Source: Candidatus Aminicenantes bacterium (GTDB taxonomy: Bacteria; Acidobacteriota; Aminicenantia; Aminicenantales; Saccharicenantaceae). From it: DNA of 64,000 nucleotides. The translations under genes were made by a program, and so were the position numbers. Shown piece after piece: positions 1 through 9,410 of the stretch. The stretch lies in NCBI GenBank assembly GCA_963743205.1, contig CAVUOW010000004.1:530908-594907 (forward strand). Reading direction: 5' to 3'. Position 1 is the stretch's first letter. Every line of letters begins with the position of its first letter. The notes beneath the pieces are model-generated. The model was not told the DNA's origin. It was given only the letters and a program-made list of their open reading frames with translations, and searched no databases.

Positions 1-2172
1 GGCGTCGGGCGCCGCCGCCGTTCCGGTTTTCAAGGCGGCCATCGCCGCGAAGTCGGTCAGCTTCTCGAACCGGCCTTCGATATATTCGTAGTTCAGGCCC
101 CTTGCCGAGGGGGCGCTGGCCGAGGCCGCCAGCGGTTCGGCCGGCTTGAACGTCCGGGTCTCGATCAGACTCGAGACGCCGTCGGGCCAGAAGGCGCGGG
201 CCTTGATGGTCGTCTCTCCGGTGATGACGATGGGTTTGTCGTAGAGAGCGGACTCGGGAACCGGCTCGGAGCCGTCGACCGTATAGCGGATGGTCGGCCC
301 CGGCCGCACAGCCAGCTCGACCATGAACGAAGGCCCGAGGTAGAGCGTTTGATCGGCCATGAAGCTCGGCGGCAGGAAGCCGCGGTTGAGGGTCGAGAAC
401 CGGGCCGGGTCGAGCTTGATCACTTCACGGTCATAGGTCATGAGGCCGTTGACCTCGCCCTCGCAGTCGGAGGTCTGGGTGTAGACGGCCGCCGCCAGAC
501 CCTTGTCCACGAGTGAATAGAGGTTCTTGATGAGGTCGGCGTAGCGCGATTCGTAGACTTTGGTGTCGTCGAAGTTGCGGTAGCCCCAGTTCCCTTCGGA
601 CTGCCAGAGGTGCCCGGTCAGCGGAAGCCCGAGGCCGCCGAACTCGCCGAGGACAGAGGCGCGCTTCTCCTCGACCGGCGGCATGTCCGGCCCGGGGTAG
701 CTATGGACGTCGCTGACGTCGCCGACGCCCTTGTCGGTCCAGCCGCTGGCGTTGTCGACCAGCCGCGTCGGGTCATAGGCCTTGGTCCGGGCCGTGATCC
801 GTTCCGTATCGTATTGGCCCCAGCCCTCGTTGAACGGCACCCACATGACGATCGAGGGATGATTCGAGCGGGCGTCCATGACGGCCTTCCACTCCGCTTC
901 GAACTGGGCGTCCCTCGCCGTCAGGGCATCGGCCGCCACGGCGTCCCTGTTGAAGAGGGCGCTCGGCATGTCCTGCCAGACGAGGAGCCCGAGCTTGTCG
1001 CACCAGTAGTAGAGGCGCTCCGGCTCGACCTTGACGTGCTTGCGAAGCATGTTCATGCCCAGGGCCTTGATCGTTTCGATGTCGGAACGGAGGGCGGCGT
1101 CCGTCGGCGCCGTGTAGAGACCGTCGGGCCACCAGCCTTGATCGAGCGGCCCGAATTCGAAGAGCGGCGCGTTGTTCAGATAGAGCCGGTTGAAGCCTCG
1201 CTCGTCCTTCCCCAAGGCGATCTTCCGCATCCCGGCGTAGCTCACGACCTCGTCGAGCGCCTCGTTTCCCTTCGTAAGGACGATCTTGAGATCATAAAGA
1301 GCGGGATCCGAAGGGGACCAGAGCGCCGGGTTGGGGATCTCGAGAGCGACGGCGGCGCCGGCGGGGGCTTCGCCTTTGGCGACGACGTCCTGGCCCCGGC
1401 TGACCGTCACGGACACATTCGTCCCGGCGCTCTCCCCTGAGATCTTCGGCTCGACCGCGAGCATTCCCTTGTCGATGTCCGGCGTCGCCTTCAGCCCGGC
1501 GATAGAGACCTTCGGGACAGGCTCGAGCCACACCGTCTGCCAGATCCCCGTCACGGCGGTATAAAAGATGCCATGCGGTTTCATGACCTGCTTCCCGCGG
1601 GCGATGCCGCTGTTTTCGTCATCGGTGGGATCGAAGACCCTCACGGCGATCTCTTGTTTCTCGCCACGCTTCAGGGCGTCGCGGATGTCATAGGTGAAGG
1701 GATCGTATCCGCCACGATGGGTCCCCACCTCGCGGCCGTTGACCCAGACCGTGCTTTCCCAATCCACGGCCCCGAAATGAAGGAGGACACGGCCGTTCCG
1801 CCACTTCCTGGGGACAAAGACCGTCCTGCGATACCAGAGGGCCTTGGCGGACCCGACGGCCTTGCCGACGCCCGAAAGAGCCGACTCGACCGCGAAAGGG
1901 ACCAGGATCGTGCCGTCCCAGGCTTCGGGCCGGGCGGCATCCTTGGCCGTGATGGCATAATCCCAGAGGCCGTTGAGATTGAGCCATCTCTCCCTGACCA
2001 TCTGCGGCCGTGGATATTCGGGCAGGACGAGGTCTTGACGGACCTCGGCCGCCCAGCGGGTCATGATCCGCCCCGTGACGGGCGCCCACGTCGTCACCGG
2101 CTCTTTTTTGCATGAAGTCGCGACAGCCAACAGAAGGAAGGTCAATGCCAGGATCGCGGCGGGTCTTTTCAT
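1..2172 (-). CDS. Glycoside hydrolase family 2 (beta-galactosidase/beta-mannosidase-like), lipoprotein; C-terminus runs off window start
   Basis: Reverse-strand translation from ATG (complement 2170-2172): MKRPAAILALTFLLLAVATSCKK..., GH2 sugar-binding motif HFGAVDWESTVWVNG, then TIM-barrel region and chitobiase-like C-terminal domain (TIRYTVDGSEP...TTIKARAFWPDG). Not in ORF track because stop lies beyond position 1. Confidence 0.8.
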   Translation of the reverse strand, partial: MKRPAAILALTFLLLAVATSCKKEPVTTWAPVTGRIMTRWAAEVRQDLVLPEYPRPQMVRERWLNLNGLWDYAITAKDAARPEAWDGTILVPFAVESALSGVGKAVGSAKALWYRRTVFVPRKWRNGRVLLHFGAVDWESTVWVNGREVGTHRGGYDPFTYDIRDALKRGEKQEIAVRVFDPTDDENSGIARGKQVMKPHGIFYTAVTGIWQTVWLEPVPKVSIAGLKATPDIDKGMLAVEPKISGESAGTNVSVTVSRGQDVVAKGEAPAGAAVALEIPNPALWSPSDPALYDLKIVLTKGNEALDEVVSYAGMRKIALGKDERGFNRLYLNNAPLFEFGPLDQGWWPDGLYTAPTDAALRSDIETIKALGMNMLRKHVKVEPERLYYWCDKLGLLVWQDMPSALFNRDAVAADALTARDAQFEAEWKAVMDARSNHPSIVMWVPFNEGWGQYDTERITARTKAYDPTRLVDNASGWTDKGVGDVSDVHSYPGPDMPPVEEKRASVLGEFGGLGLPLTGHLWQSEGNWGYRNFDDTKVYESRYADLIKNLYSLVDKGLAAAVYTQTSDCEGEVNGLMTYDREVIKLDPARFSTLNRGFLPPSFMADQTLYLGPSFMVELAVRPGPTIRYTVDGSEPVPESALYDKPIVITGETTIKARAFWPDGVSSLIETRTFKPAEPLAASASAPSARGLNYEYIEGRFEKLTDFAAMAALKTGTAAAPDA

Positions 2173-2279
2173 GGAGACTCCTTCGAAGCATTAGTAATTC
2201 ATCCCGCGGCGACATGTCAACCTTGTTGAATTCAGAGGGCGATTGGACTATTGTGTCCTGTCCGAACGCAGGTGACACC

Positions 2280-3575
2280 ATGACCGACCGCGACGCGATT
2301 CCTCCTCTCGAAGCCCTGAACCCCCGGATCCGGGCCCGGTTCCCGATGATCGATCACGATTCGCAGGGCCGCCCCCGCATCTATCTCAATACGGGCGCCG
2401 GCAGCCTGACGGTCGACACGGCGGCCGAGGCCTCCCGTGACGCCCAGGGCCGGCTCAACCCCATGCCCGGCGTCGTCGTCGCCGGCGAAGCCGAGACCGC
2501 CGCCCTGCACGCCCGGGTTCGCGGTCTCGTCGCCGATTTCCTTCACGCCCGCTCCGGCCGCGAGATCAGCTTCCACCAGTCGTCCACGGCGGCTCTCTTC
2601 GATCTGGCCTACGCCCTGCGCGGCGTCCTCGCGCCGTCCGCGAACCTGGTGGTCACGGACCTCGATCATATGGCCAACGTCTCGCCCTGGGAGACCGTCT
2701 TCGGCGAGGGCCGCGGCCTCGAGGTCCGGCGGGCCGGCCTGAAGAGCGATGGGACTCTCGACATCGACCACCTTCTTTCGCTCGTCGATTCCCGCACGGG
2801 CCTTCTCGCCGTGACCGCGGCCTCGAACGGGAACGGCGCTCTGGTTCCCCTGAAGGACCTCGTGGCGGCCGTGCGCGGCAAGACCCTTTCCTGTCTCGTG
2901 GCCGTCGACGCCGTCCATCAGGCCCCGCACGGCCTCCTTGACGTCCAGACGACCGGCATCGACTTCCTCGTCTTCTCGGGATACAAGATGTTCGGCCCGA
3001 TGATGGGCGTTCTCTGGGGCCGTGAGGAGGTCCTCGAACGGCTCCGGCCCTATCGCGTCGAAACGAACAAAGAGGCCCTGCCCGGCAAGTTCGAGATGGG
3101 CATGCTCAACAATGCCTCGGTCGCCGCCCTCGGGGCGGCCCTGGAATACCTCCTGTGGCTGGCGGAACTCACGGCCGGCCCTCGGGAGGCCTTTCCCGAC
3201 CGGGCAGCGAAGTTCGGCGCGGCCATGGCCTCCATTACGGGCTTTGAGAAGACCATCACCCGCCGGGTCCTCGAGGGACTCCGGGACCTCGACCTGCCCC
3301 GGTTCCGCCTCTTCGGCATCGCCGACCCGGCCCGCGCCGGCGAGCGCGTCCCGACCTTCGCCTTCGATATCGGGGACCTCACCGCGACCGAAGCCAAACG
3401 CAGGCTCTGGACAAGGGCCGCGATCCAGATCGCTGACGGCAACCATTACTCCGCGGCGGTCGTCCGGCATCTCGGCCGGCCCGAAGGCATCTGCCGGGCC
3501 AGCTTCGCCCATTACGACAACATCGCCACGGCCGGACGCTTCGTCGAGGCCCTGGCCGCCCTCGAAAAGGATTGA
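2280..3575 (+). CDS. Aminotransferase class V (cysteine desulfurase/SufS-like fold, PLP-dependent)
   Basis: ORF 2112..3575 trimmed to ATG 2280 (upstream part overlaps GH2 gene). SGYKM PLP-lysine motif (FLVFSGYKMFGP), fold-type I class V pattern throughout. Confidence 0.75.
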   Translation: MTDRDAIPPLEALNPRIRARFPMIDHDSQGRPRIYLNTGAGSLTVDTAAEASRDAQGRLNPMPGVVVAGEAETAALHARVRGLVADFLHARSGREISFHQSSTAALFDLAYALRGVLAPSANLVVTDLDHMANVSPWETVFGEGRGLEVRRAGLKSDGTLDIDHLLSLVDSRTGLLAVTAASNGNGALVPLKDLVAAVRGKTLSCLVAVDAVHQAPHGLLDVQTTGIDFLVFSGYKMFGPMMGVLWGREEVLERLRPYRVETNKEALPGKFEMGMLNNASVAALGAALEYLLWLAELTAGPREAFPDRAAKFGAAMASITGFEKTITRRVLEGLRDLDLPRFRLFGIADPARAGERVPTFAFDIGDLTATEAKRRLWTRAAIQIADGNHYSAAVVRHLGRPEGICRASFAHYDNIATAGRFVEALAALEKD

Positions 3576-3609
3576 AGAAACGTCCCGGAAAATCTAGAAT
3601 AGAGCTTCT

Positions 3610-4245
3610 TTGGAGAGAACCGGCCCCGTGAAGATACGCTCGATCATCGCCTGCCTGGCGGCCCTTGCCGCCCTGGCCTCCGCCGCGGCCGAAAACCCGC
3701 GCGTCCTCGTCCGGACCGAGAAGGGCGACATCGTCGTCGAAGTCGACCTGACCCGGGCTCCGGTCACCGCGGCCAACTTCCTCCGATACGTCGACGCCGG
3801 GCTCTACGACGGCTCCTCTTTCCATCGGACCGTCACCCTCGCCAACCAGCCCGACAATCCCGTCAAGATCGAGGTCATCCAGGGCGGCCAGCTCCCCGAG
3901 ACGAAGGAATTCCCCCCGATCGCCCACGAGACGACGGCCATGACCGGTCTCAAGCACGTCGACGGTGCGATCTCCATGGCCCGGGACAAGCCGGGGACGG
4001 CCGCTTCGAGCTTCTTCATCTGCATCAACGCCCAACCCGAGCTCGACTTCGGCGGCCGTCGCAACCCGGACGGTCAGGGCTTTGCCGCCTTCGGCCGGGT
4101 CATCCAGGGCATGGACGTCGTCAGGGTCCTTCAGGCCCTTCCGGCCCGGGGCCAGCAGCTCACGCCCCCGGTCAAGATCATCTCCGTCCGCAGAATGGAC
4201 GTTCGGTCGAAAAACCACCCGCACGATCAAGGAGTCACACCATGA
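3610..4245 (+). CDS. Cyclophilin-type peptidyl-prolyl cis-trans isomerase, secreted
   Basis: Signal peptide (IIACLAALAALASAAA), cyclophilin core FHRTV...VIQGGQ...FFICI...FGRVIQGMDVV. TTG start in track; GTG at 3628 is an alternative start. Stop overlaps next gene ATG (ATGA). Confidence 0.8.
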   Translation: MERTGPVKIRSIIACLAALAALASAAAENPRVLVRTEKGDIVVEVDLTRAPVTAANFLRYVDAGLYDGSSFHRTVTLANQPDNPVKIEVIQGGQLPETKEFPPIAHETTAMTGLKHVDGAISMARDKPGTAASSFFICINAQPELDFGGRRNPDGQGFAAFGRVIQGMDVVRVLQALPARGQQLTPPVKIISVRRMDVRSKNHPHDQGVTP

Positions 4246-6498
4246 GAAGGAATTCGAGATTCGCGGCGCTCTTCAGCCTGATGCTGGCCGTCCTCTTCGT
4301 CGCACCGGCCCTTCCTCAACAGCCGCAGCCCCAACAGCAACAGTCTCAACGGATCGTCGGCAAAGCCCTCTATGAGAAGCTCCAGCGCGAAGGCCGCAGA
4401 GGCATGGGTGGGCCGGGCGGCTTCTTTTGGACGCCCGACGGCAAAGCCTCCTACGCCTTTGAAGACGGCACCTTCAAGAGAGCCGACATCCTTACCGGCG
4501 AAAAGAAACCGCTATTCGACGACGCCAAGATCCTGGCCGCTGTCAACGCGATGACGGGACGCCAGGAGGTCAAGCTCTTCTTCAACCGCTTCCAGTATCT
4601 CGACGACGGGAAGAAGATCACTTTCCAGGGCTTCAACAAGGTCTTCCTCTACGACCTCGCCACTTCGAAGCTCCTTGCCTACGATCCGGAGCGGTCGATC
4701 ACCGGGGTCCGCGGCCGGGCCTACGGCGACGTCCTCTCGCCCGACATGAAATACCGGACCTTCACCCGCAACTACAACCTCTATATCAAGGATATGGACG
4801 GCAACGAAACCGCCCTGACGACCGACGGGACCGAAGATCTCCGCAACGGCTATCCCGATTGGGTCTACCCGGAGGAGCTCGCCCAGTACGAGGCCTTCTG
4901 GTGGTCGCCGGACTCGACGAAGATCGCGTTCATGCAGTTCGATGAGAGTCCGGTGGCCAAATACCCCATCGTGCACGATATCGCCCCCGTGCCCCGCTAC
5001 GAACTCCAGGGCTATCCGGTGCCGGGCGCGAACAATCCCATCGTCCGGCTGTTCATCGTCGACGTCACGACGAAGAGAATCGTCCGGCTCGAAACGGGCG
5101 ACGACCTCGATGTCTATCTCTACCGGGGCAAGTGGACCAACGACGGGCGGGAGTTCACCTACCACCGCCTCAACCGGCTCCAGAACAAGGTCGAGCTCTT
5201 CGCGGCCGATCCGGCCACGGGGAAGACCCGCCTGTTCCTGACCGACACCGATCCCTGCTACATCGACGAATCGACCGACCTCATCTTCCTCAAGGACAAC
5301 CCGCGCTTCCTCTGGACCTCGGAGCGAAGCGGCTGGCGCGAGATCTACCTCTACGACCTGGCCACCGGCAAGCTTCTCAAGCAGCTGACCAACGCCAAGC
5401 TCCCCGTCCGGAATATCCAAGCCGTCGATCAGGCCCGCGGCTGGATCTATTTCTCGGGCTTTGAAGCGAACGGCACGGAGGTTCACCTCTACAAAGTCAA
5501 TCTCGACGGCACCGGCCTTGTCAAGATGACCAAGGAATCGGGCACCGCACACGAACAACTTCTCCCCCACGTTCGAGTACTATTTGGACTCCTTCTCGAG
5601 CTACGACCAGCCCACCAAAACGACCCTCTTCCAGGCGGATGGAAAACCGCTCAGAATCCTCACCCCTATCACTCCTCCGCGCGCCGACGTCGCAGATGGC
5701 ACCGCGAGCAATGAATCCCTGGACCTCAAGCTGATCAAGCCCGAGCACTTCCTGTTCAAGTCGGCCGACGGCCAATACGACCTCGACGGCCTGCTCTACT
5801 TCCCGGCCCATTTCGACCCCGCCGACAAGTACCCGCTCATCCTCTCGATCTACGGCGGGCCGGGCTCGAAGGGCGTCACCAACTCCTATAAGATGACGGA
5901 CGGCAGCCAGGCTCTGGCCCAGCTGGGCTTCCTCGTCGCCGTTTGCGATTACCGCGGCGTGTCCGGCCGCGGCAAGGCCTTCCAGAACCTCCACTACATG
6001 AAGCTCGGCCAGGTCGAGCTCGAGGACCACGTCGCCTTCGTCAAGGCCCTGGGCCAGCGACCCTACGTCGACACGACGCGCGTCGGCATCACCGGCCACT
6101 CCTACGGCGGCTACTTCACCTGCCTGGCCCTGCTCAAGGCGCCGGACGTCTTCCAGGTCGGCGTCGCCGGGGCCCCGGTCACCGATTGGCGGAATTACGA
6201 CTCGATCTACACGGAGCGCTACATGCGGCGGCCCCAGGACAATCCCGACGGTTACGAGAAGGGCTCCTGCCTGACCTACGCCAAAAATCTCAAGGGCAAG
6301 CTCTTCATCCACCACGGCTCGGTCGACGACAACGTCCACCCCACCAACACCATCCAGCTCGTCCAGGCCTTGCTCAAGGAGAACAAGACGTTCGACCTGA
6401 TGATCTACCCGGAGCAGCAGCACGGCATCGGGTTCCCCCGCTATCCTGCGTCGCGGGTCGAATACTTCATCGAGCACCTGAAGCCGGTCGTCAAGTGA
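4242..6498 (+). pseudogene. Dipeptidyl-peptidase IV (S9B) homolog split by a single-base frameshift (N-terminal propeller ORF 4242..~5556, C-terminal S9 catalytic ORF ~5545..6498)
   Basis: ORF 4242..5714 encodes signal peptide + DPP-IV beta-propeller region and ends in junk. ORF 5584..6498 in another frame encodes the S9 catalytic domain (GHSYGGY, D/H triad region). Reading the second frame back to ~5548 gives ...HTNNFSPTFEYYLDSFSSYDQ, continuous with the N-terminal part, so the frame switch lies at ~5544-5556 (ggcaccgcacacgaac). Confidence 0.8.
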
Positions 6499-6528
6499 CA
6501 GGACCGATGCCGATCAAGGAGGACATCC

Positions 6529-7617
6529 ATGGCTAAGTTCGAAGGCGTGAAATGGGCCCCGCGGCAGATGCGCTATCTCCTTCCCGGGAAGCAGTTCAGT
6601 CTGCTCGAACCCGACGCCAAGGTCTTCGGCGTTTCCCGGTCGACCTTTTATGCGACCTTCCTCTGCTTTGAAGGCATCCGCTTCTTCTGCAGGAAAGGCG
6701 CCGCCGGGAAGCTCGAAGTCAATTTTCTGAATTGGCACAAGAATCTGGACCGGCTCCGCCGCGGCATGGCCTTTAACCTGAGCAAGGCCCAGGCCGGCAT
6801 CATCCCCTCGGTCGAGGAGCTCGAGAGCATCATCATCCACCAGTATTTCAAGGACCCGGCGATCCGGGCCTTCCTCGCCGAGATGGCCGACAAAGGGCTC
6901 CAGGGCTACGTCAGGCCGTTCACGGTCGACGAAGAGCAGTCGATGGGGGTCACGTTCCCCGGGCAGCCGGCCGTGCGGGCCATTTTCTGCAGCTACGACA
7001 ACTATCTCGGCGAGCCGTTCACCGGCGTCGTCATCCCGCACCTCGTCAGGGCCGTCGGCCTGAACAAGACGGGCTGCCTCAAGCTCGGCGTCAACTATCT
7101 TATGAGCCTGAAGGCGCTCGAAGCGGCCAAGGAAGTCGACCCCAAGGCGGCCGCGGCCCTCTTCCTCGACGACCAGACCCACCTCCCCCTGGCCGAACGC
7201 TGCGTCACCGAGTGGGATTCCTCGTGCTGCCTCTTCGGCCTCAGGGATGGCACGATCGTCAAGATCCCCGAAAGCGATCTCATCCTGCCCTCGGTCACGA
7301 TCCAGGGCATGGTGGCCATCCTGCGGGACATGGGCGTCAAGGTCGAGGAACGGCACGTCGCCTATGGTGAGCTGGTCGACCGGGTCAAGCGCCGGGATCT
7401 CGTCGTCCTCGCGAGCATCGGCACCGCCGGCATCATGAACCGCTGCCAGAAGCTGCTTTGCGTCGACGAAAAGAACGAGGTTGCGGCCACCCATATCGCC
7501 GACACGGGACACCCTCTCTACACGAAGCTGGCCGACGCCAAGGCCTACTACTGGGATATCTACCGGGAGAAGGTCAAGCTGCCGGCCGGCCTGAACCTCT
7601 ACAAATACACCCTCTAG
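6529..7617 (+). CDS. Aminotransferase class IV fold (branched-chain/D-amino-acid aminotransferase-like)
   Basis: GGAGG RBS 5 nt upstream. K-x-G-x-NYL segment (GCLKLGVNYL) matching the BCAT catalytic-lysine region, and C-terminal GTAG...(LASIGTAGIM) fold-type IV pattern. Divergent N-terminus. Confidence 0.6.
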   Translation: MAKFEGVKWAPRQMRYLLPGKQFSLLEPDAKVFGVSRSTFYATFLCFEGIRFFCRKGAAGKLEVNFLNWHKNLDRLRRGMAFNLSKAQAGIIPSVEELESIIIHQYFKDPAIRAFLAEMADKGLQGYVRPFTVDEEQSMGVTFPGQPAVRAIFCSYDNYLGEPFTGVVIPHLVRAVGLNKTGCLKLGVNYLMSLKALEAAKEVDPKAAAALFLDDQTHLPLAERCVTEWDSSCCLFGLRDGTIVKIPESDLILPSVTIQGMVAILRDMGVKVEERHVAYGELVDRVKRRDLVVLASIGTAGIMNRCQKLLCVDEKNEVAATHIADTGHPLYTKLADAKAYYWDIYREKVKLPAGLNLYKYTL

Positions 7618-7626
7618 CCCCGCGTT

Positions 7627-9322
7627 CTAGAGGCCCATGGCGATAAGCATCCAGAACCTGTCGCCGAGCTCCAGGTACTTCTGGATCGCGGCGCGGGCGG
7701 CATCGTTGGTGTATTTGGTCAGGTATCTCTCGACCGTGAACGGCTCCTTGTCCGGAGTCTTGCTGGCCAGGATCTCCTGGACCCTCTTCTCGATCTGAGG
7801 CATGTCGGCGAAGGCCTTATCCTCGAACTCGGCGATCGTGTCCTGGACAATCTTCTTCGTTATCCCCCACTTCAGGGTGGCCAGGCGGTTGGCCCGACGG
7901 AAGGCCCAGGCCGCCGAATCCAGGCGGAAGTTGTGCTGGGCGCAGATCTCGAAGCTCGGCGGAAGCTCCGTGGCGCCGGCGAAGATGGGGATGCGGGCGC
8001 TCATGGCCGGGTTGTCGAAGCTGAACCAGCAGACGGCGCCGACCGCGGGAGGCAGCCAGCCCTTGATCTGAAGGACGGTGGCATAGGCGCAACCCGCGAT
8101 CGGGATCGTCCGTTGCATCTGGACAGTTCCCGGCTTGAGGTTGTTGGCGATGGACATGACATCCCGGGGCATCCAGGCGCTGACGATGTTGCTCGGGACC
8201 ATCTGGGGCGTCGAGGGCTGGGCGGCCGGAGCCTCGCCCGGCCTGCGGCGCTGCGGCTGGGGGAAGAGCGGCATGTTCCTGGTCATATCGAGGTCCGTCC
8301 CCTCGTACGGGTTGCGGTAGATGGCCAGAATATCCCGGACCGAAAGCTTCTTCTCGGGCTTGACCGAGAACGGCAGCTCCGGCATGTCCATGCTCAGCTT
8401 GAGCGACGGCGCGAGCGTGCTGAGGACGAAGAACTCCCGCGTCGAGAAAGGCTTGCCCCGCCCGCCGCCGTAGGCCTCCCAGAACTTGAACGGCTTACCG
8501 CTCTTGCGGCGTCCCACCAGCCCATGTCCTGGGCCAGCTGGAAGACGTTCTCGGAAGCCATGTAGCGGTCCGGGTTCTTGAGGTCGATCTCGCTGATGCG
8601 ACAAATGTTGGCGGAAATGCCGACGTGGTCGTCGGGGATGCGAACCGCCGCCCAGACGGCGCCCTTCTCGAGCGGTCCGGCCCCCATGATCTCGAAGTGC
8701 CAGACTTCCTTGCCGTCGGCGATGGTGATGCACTCGCCGTCGTCGCCGTAGCCATACTGCTTGACCAGGTCGCCGATGAGCTTGATCGCTTCGCGGGCCG
8801 TCTTGCAGCGCTCGAGGGCGAGCCGCTCGAGCTCCTCGATCATGAACATGCCTTCGTTGTTGACGAGCTCGCGGCGGCCGCCGAATCGTCGTCTCGCCGA
8901 TCGCCAAGCCGGCTTCGTTGAGGGACGGGTAGGCCGTGTTCAGGAAGCGGTAGGTCTCGGCGACCTGGGGGATCTCGCCTGTCTGGACGATGCCGACGGA
9001 GGTCGGTCGATGTCTCCGTGTGCATCTTGCCGGAGTAGATCTTGGCCATCGACTTGTCCGGCCATTTCTGGTGGGGGACGATGGTGACCCATTGCCGGTA
9101 GGGCCCGTCGCAGGTGTGGCAGGTGATGACCGAGCCGTCGACCGTGGCCAGACGGCCGACCTGGATCGACGTGCAGCTGTCCGGCTCCTCGACCCAGGCC
9201 TGGGCGGCCGGGCTCAGCGGGGCGTCCTGCGGACGGGCAGCGAAGACGGTGAAGGCCGCGGCGAGCGCCAGAGCGAAGACGAATCCGCAGCCGATGATCC
9301 TTTTCAAACGCGAATGAGCCAT
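7627..9322 (-). pseudogene. Peptidase family C69 dipeptidase, secreted; interrupted by three single-base frameshifts
   Basis: Three reverse-strand ORFs in three frames (8840..9322, 8394..8849, 7627..8907) each carry a consecutive C69 segment: signal peptide + N-terminal nucleophile CTSIQVG...; SVGIVQTGEIPQVAETYRFLNTAYPSLNEAGLAIGETTI; GGRRELVNNEGMFMIEELERL...QDMGWWD; KSGKPFKFWEAYGGG...YLELGDRFWMLIAMGL. Frame switches at ~9000-9006, ~8883-8884 (attC ggc ggc cgc reads IGGRREL if one c is removed) and ~8503-8512. AGGAGG RBS intact upstream of the ATG at complement 9320-9322. Confidence 0.8.
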
Positions 9323-9410
9323 GAGCTCCTCCTGTCCGAGTTCATCGAAACATGAATGTATGATTAGGGCGGCGGGGCTGTCAACCGAATTCTTCCGCGG
9401 CGAGAGGCGG

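Noticed and set aside
5544-5556. Programmed ribosomal frameshift in the DPP-IV gene
   Set aside because: No slippery heptamer or downstream structure at the switch point. The same applies to the C69 and D-aminoacylase shifts, so an indel (real or artefactual) is the simpler explanation.
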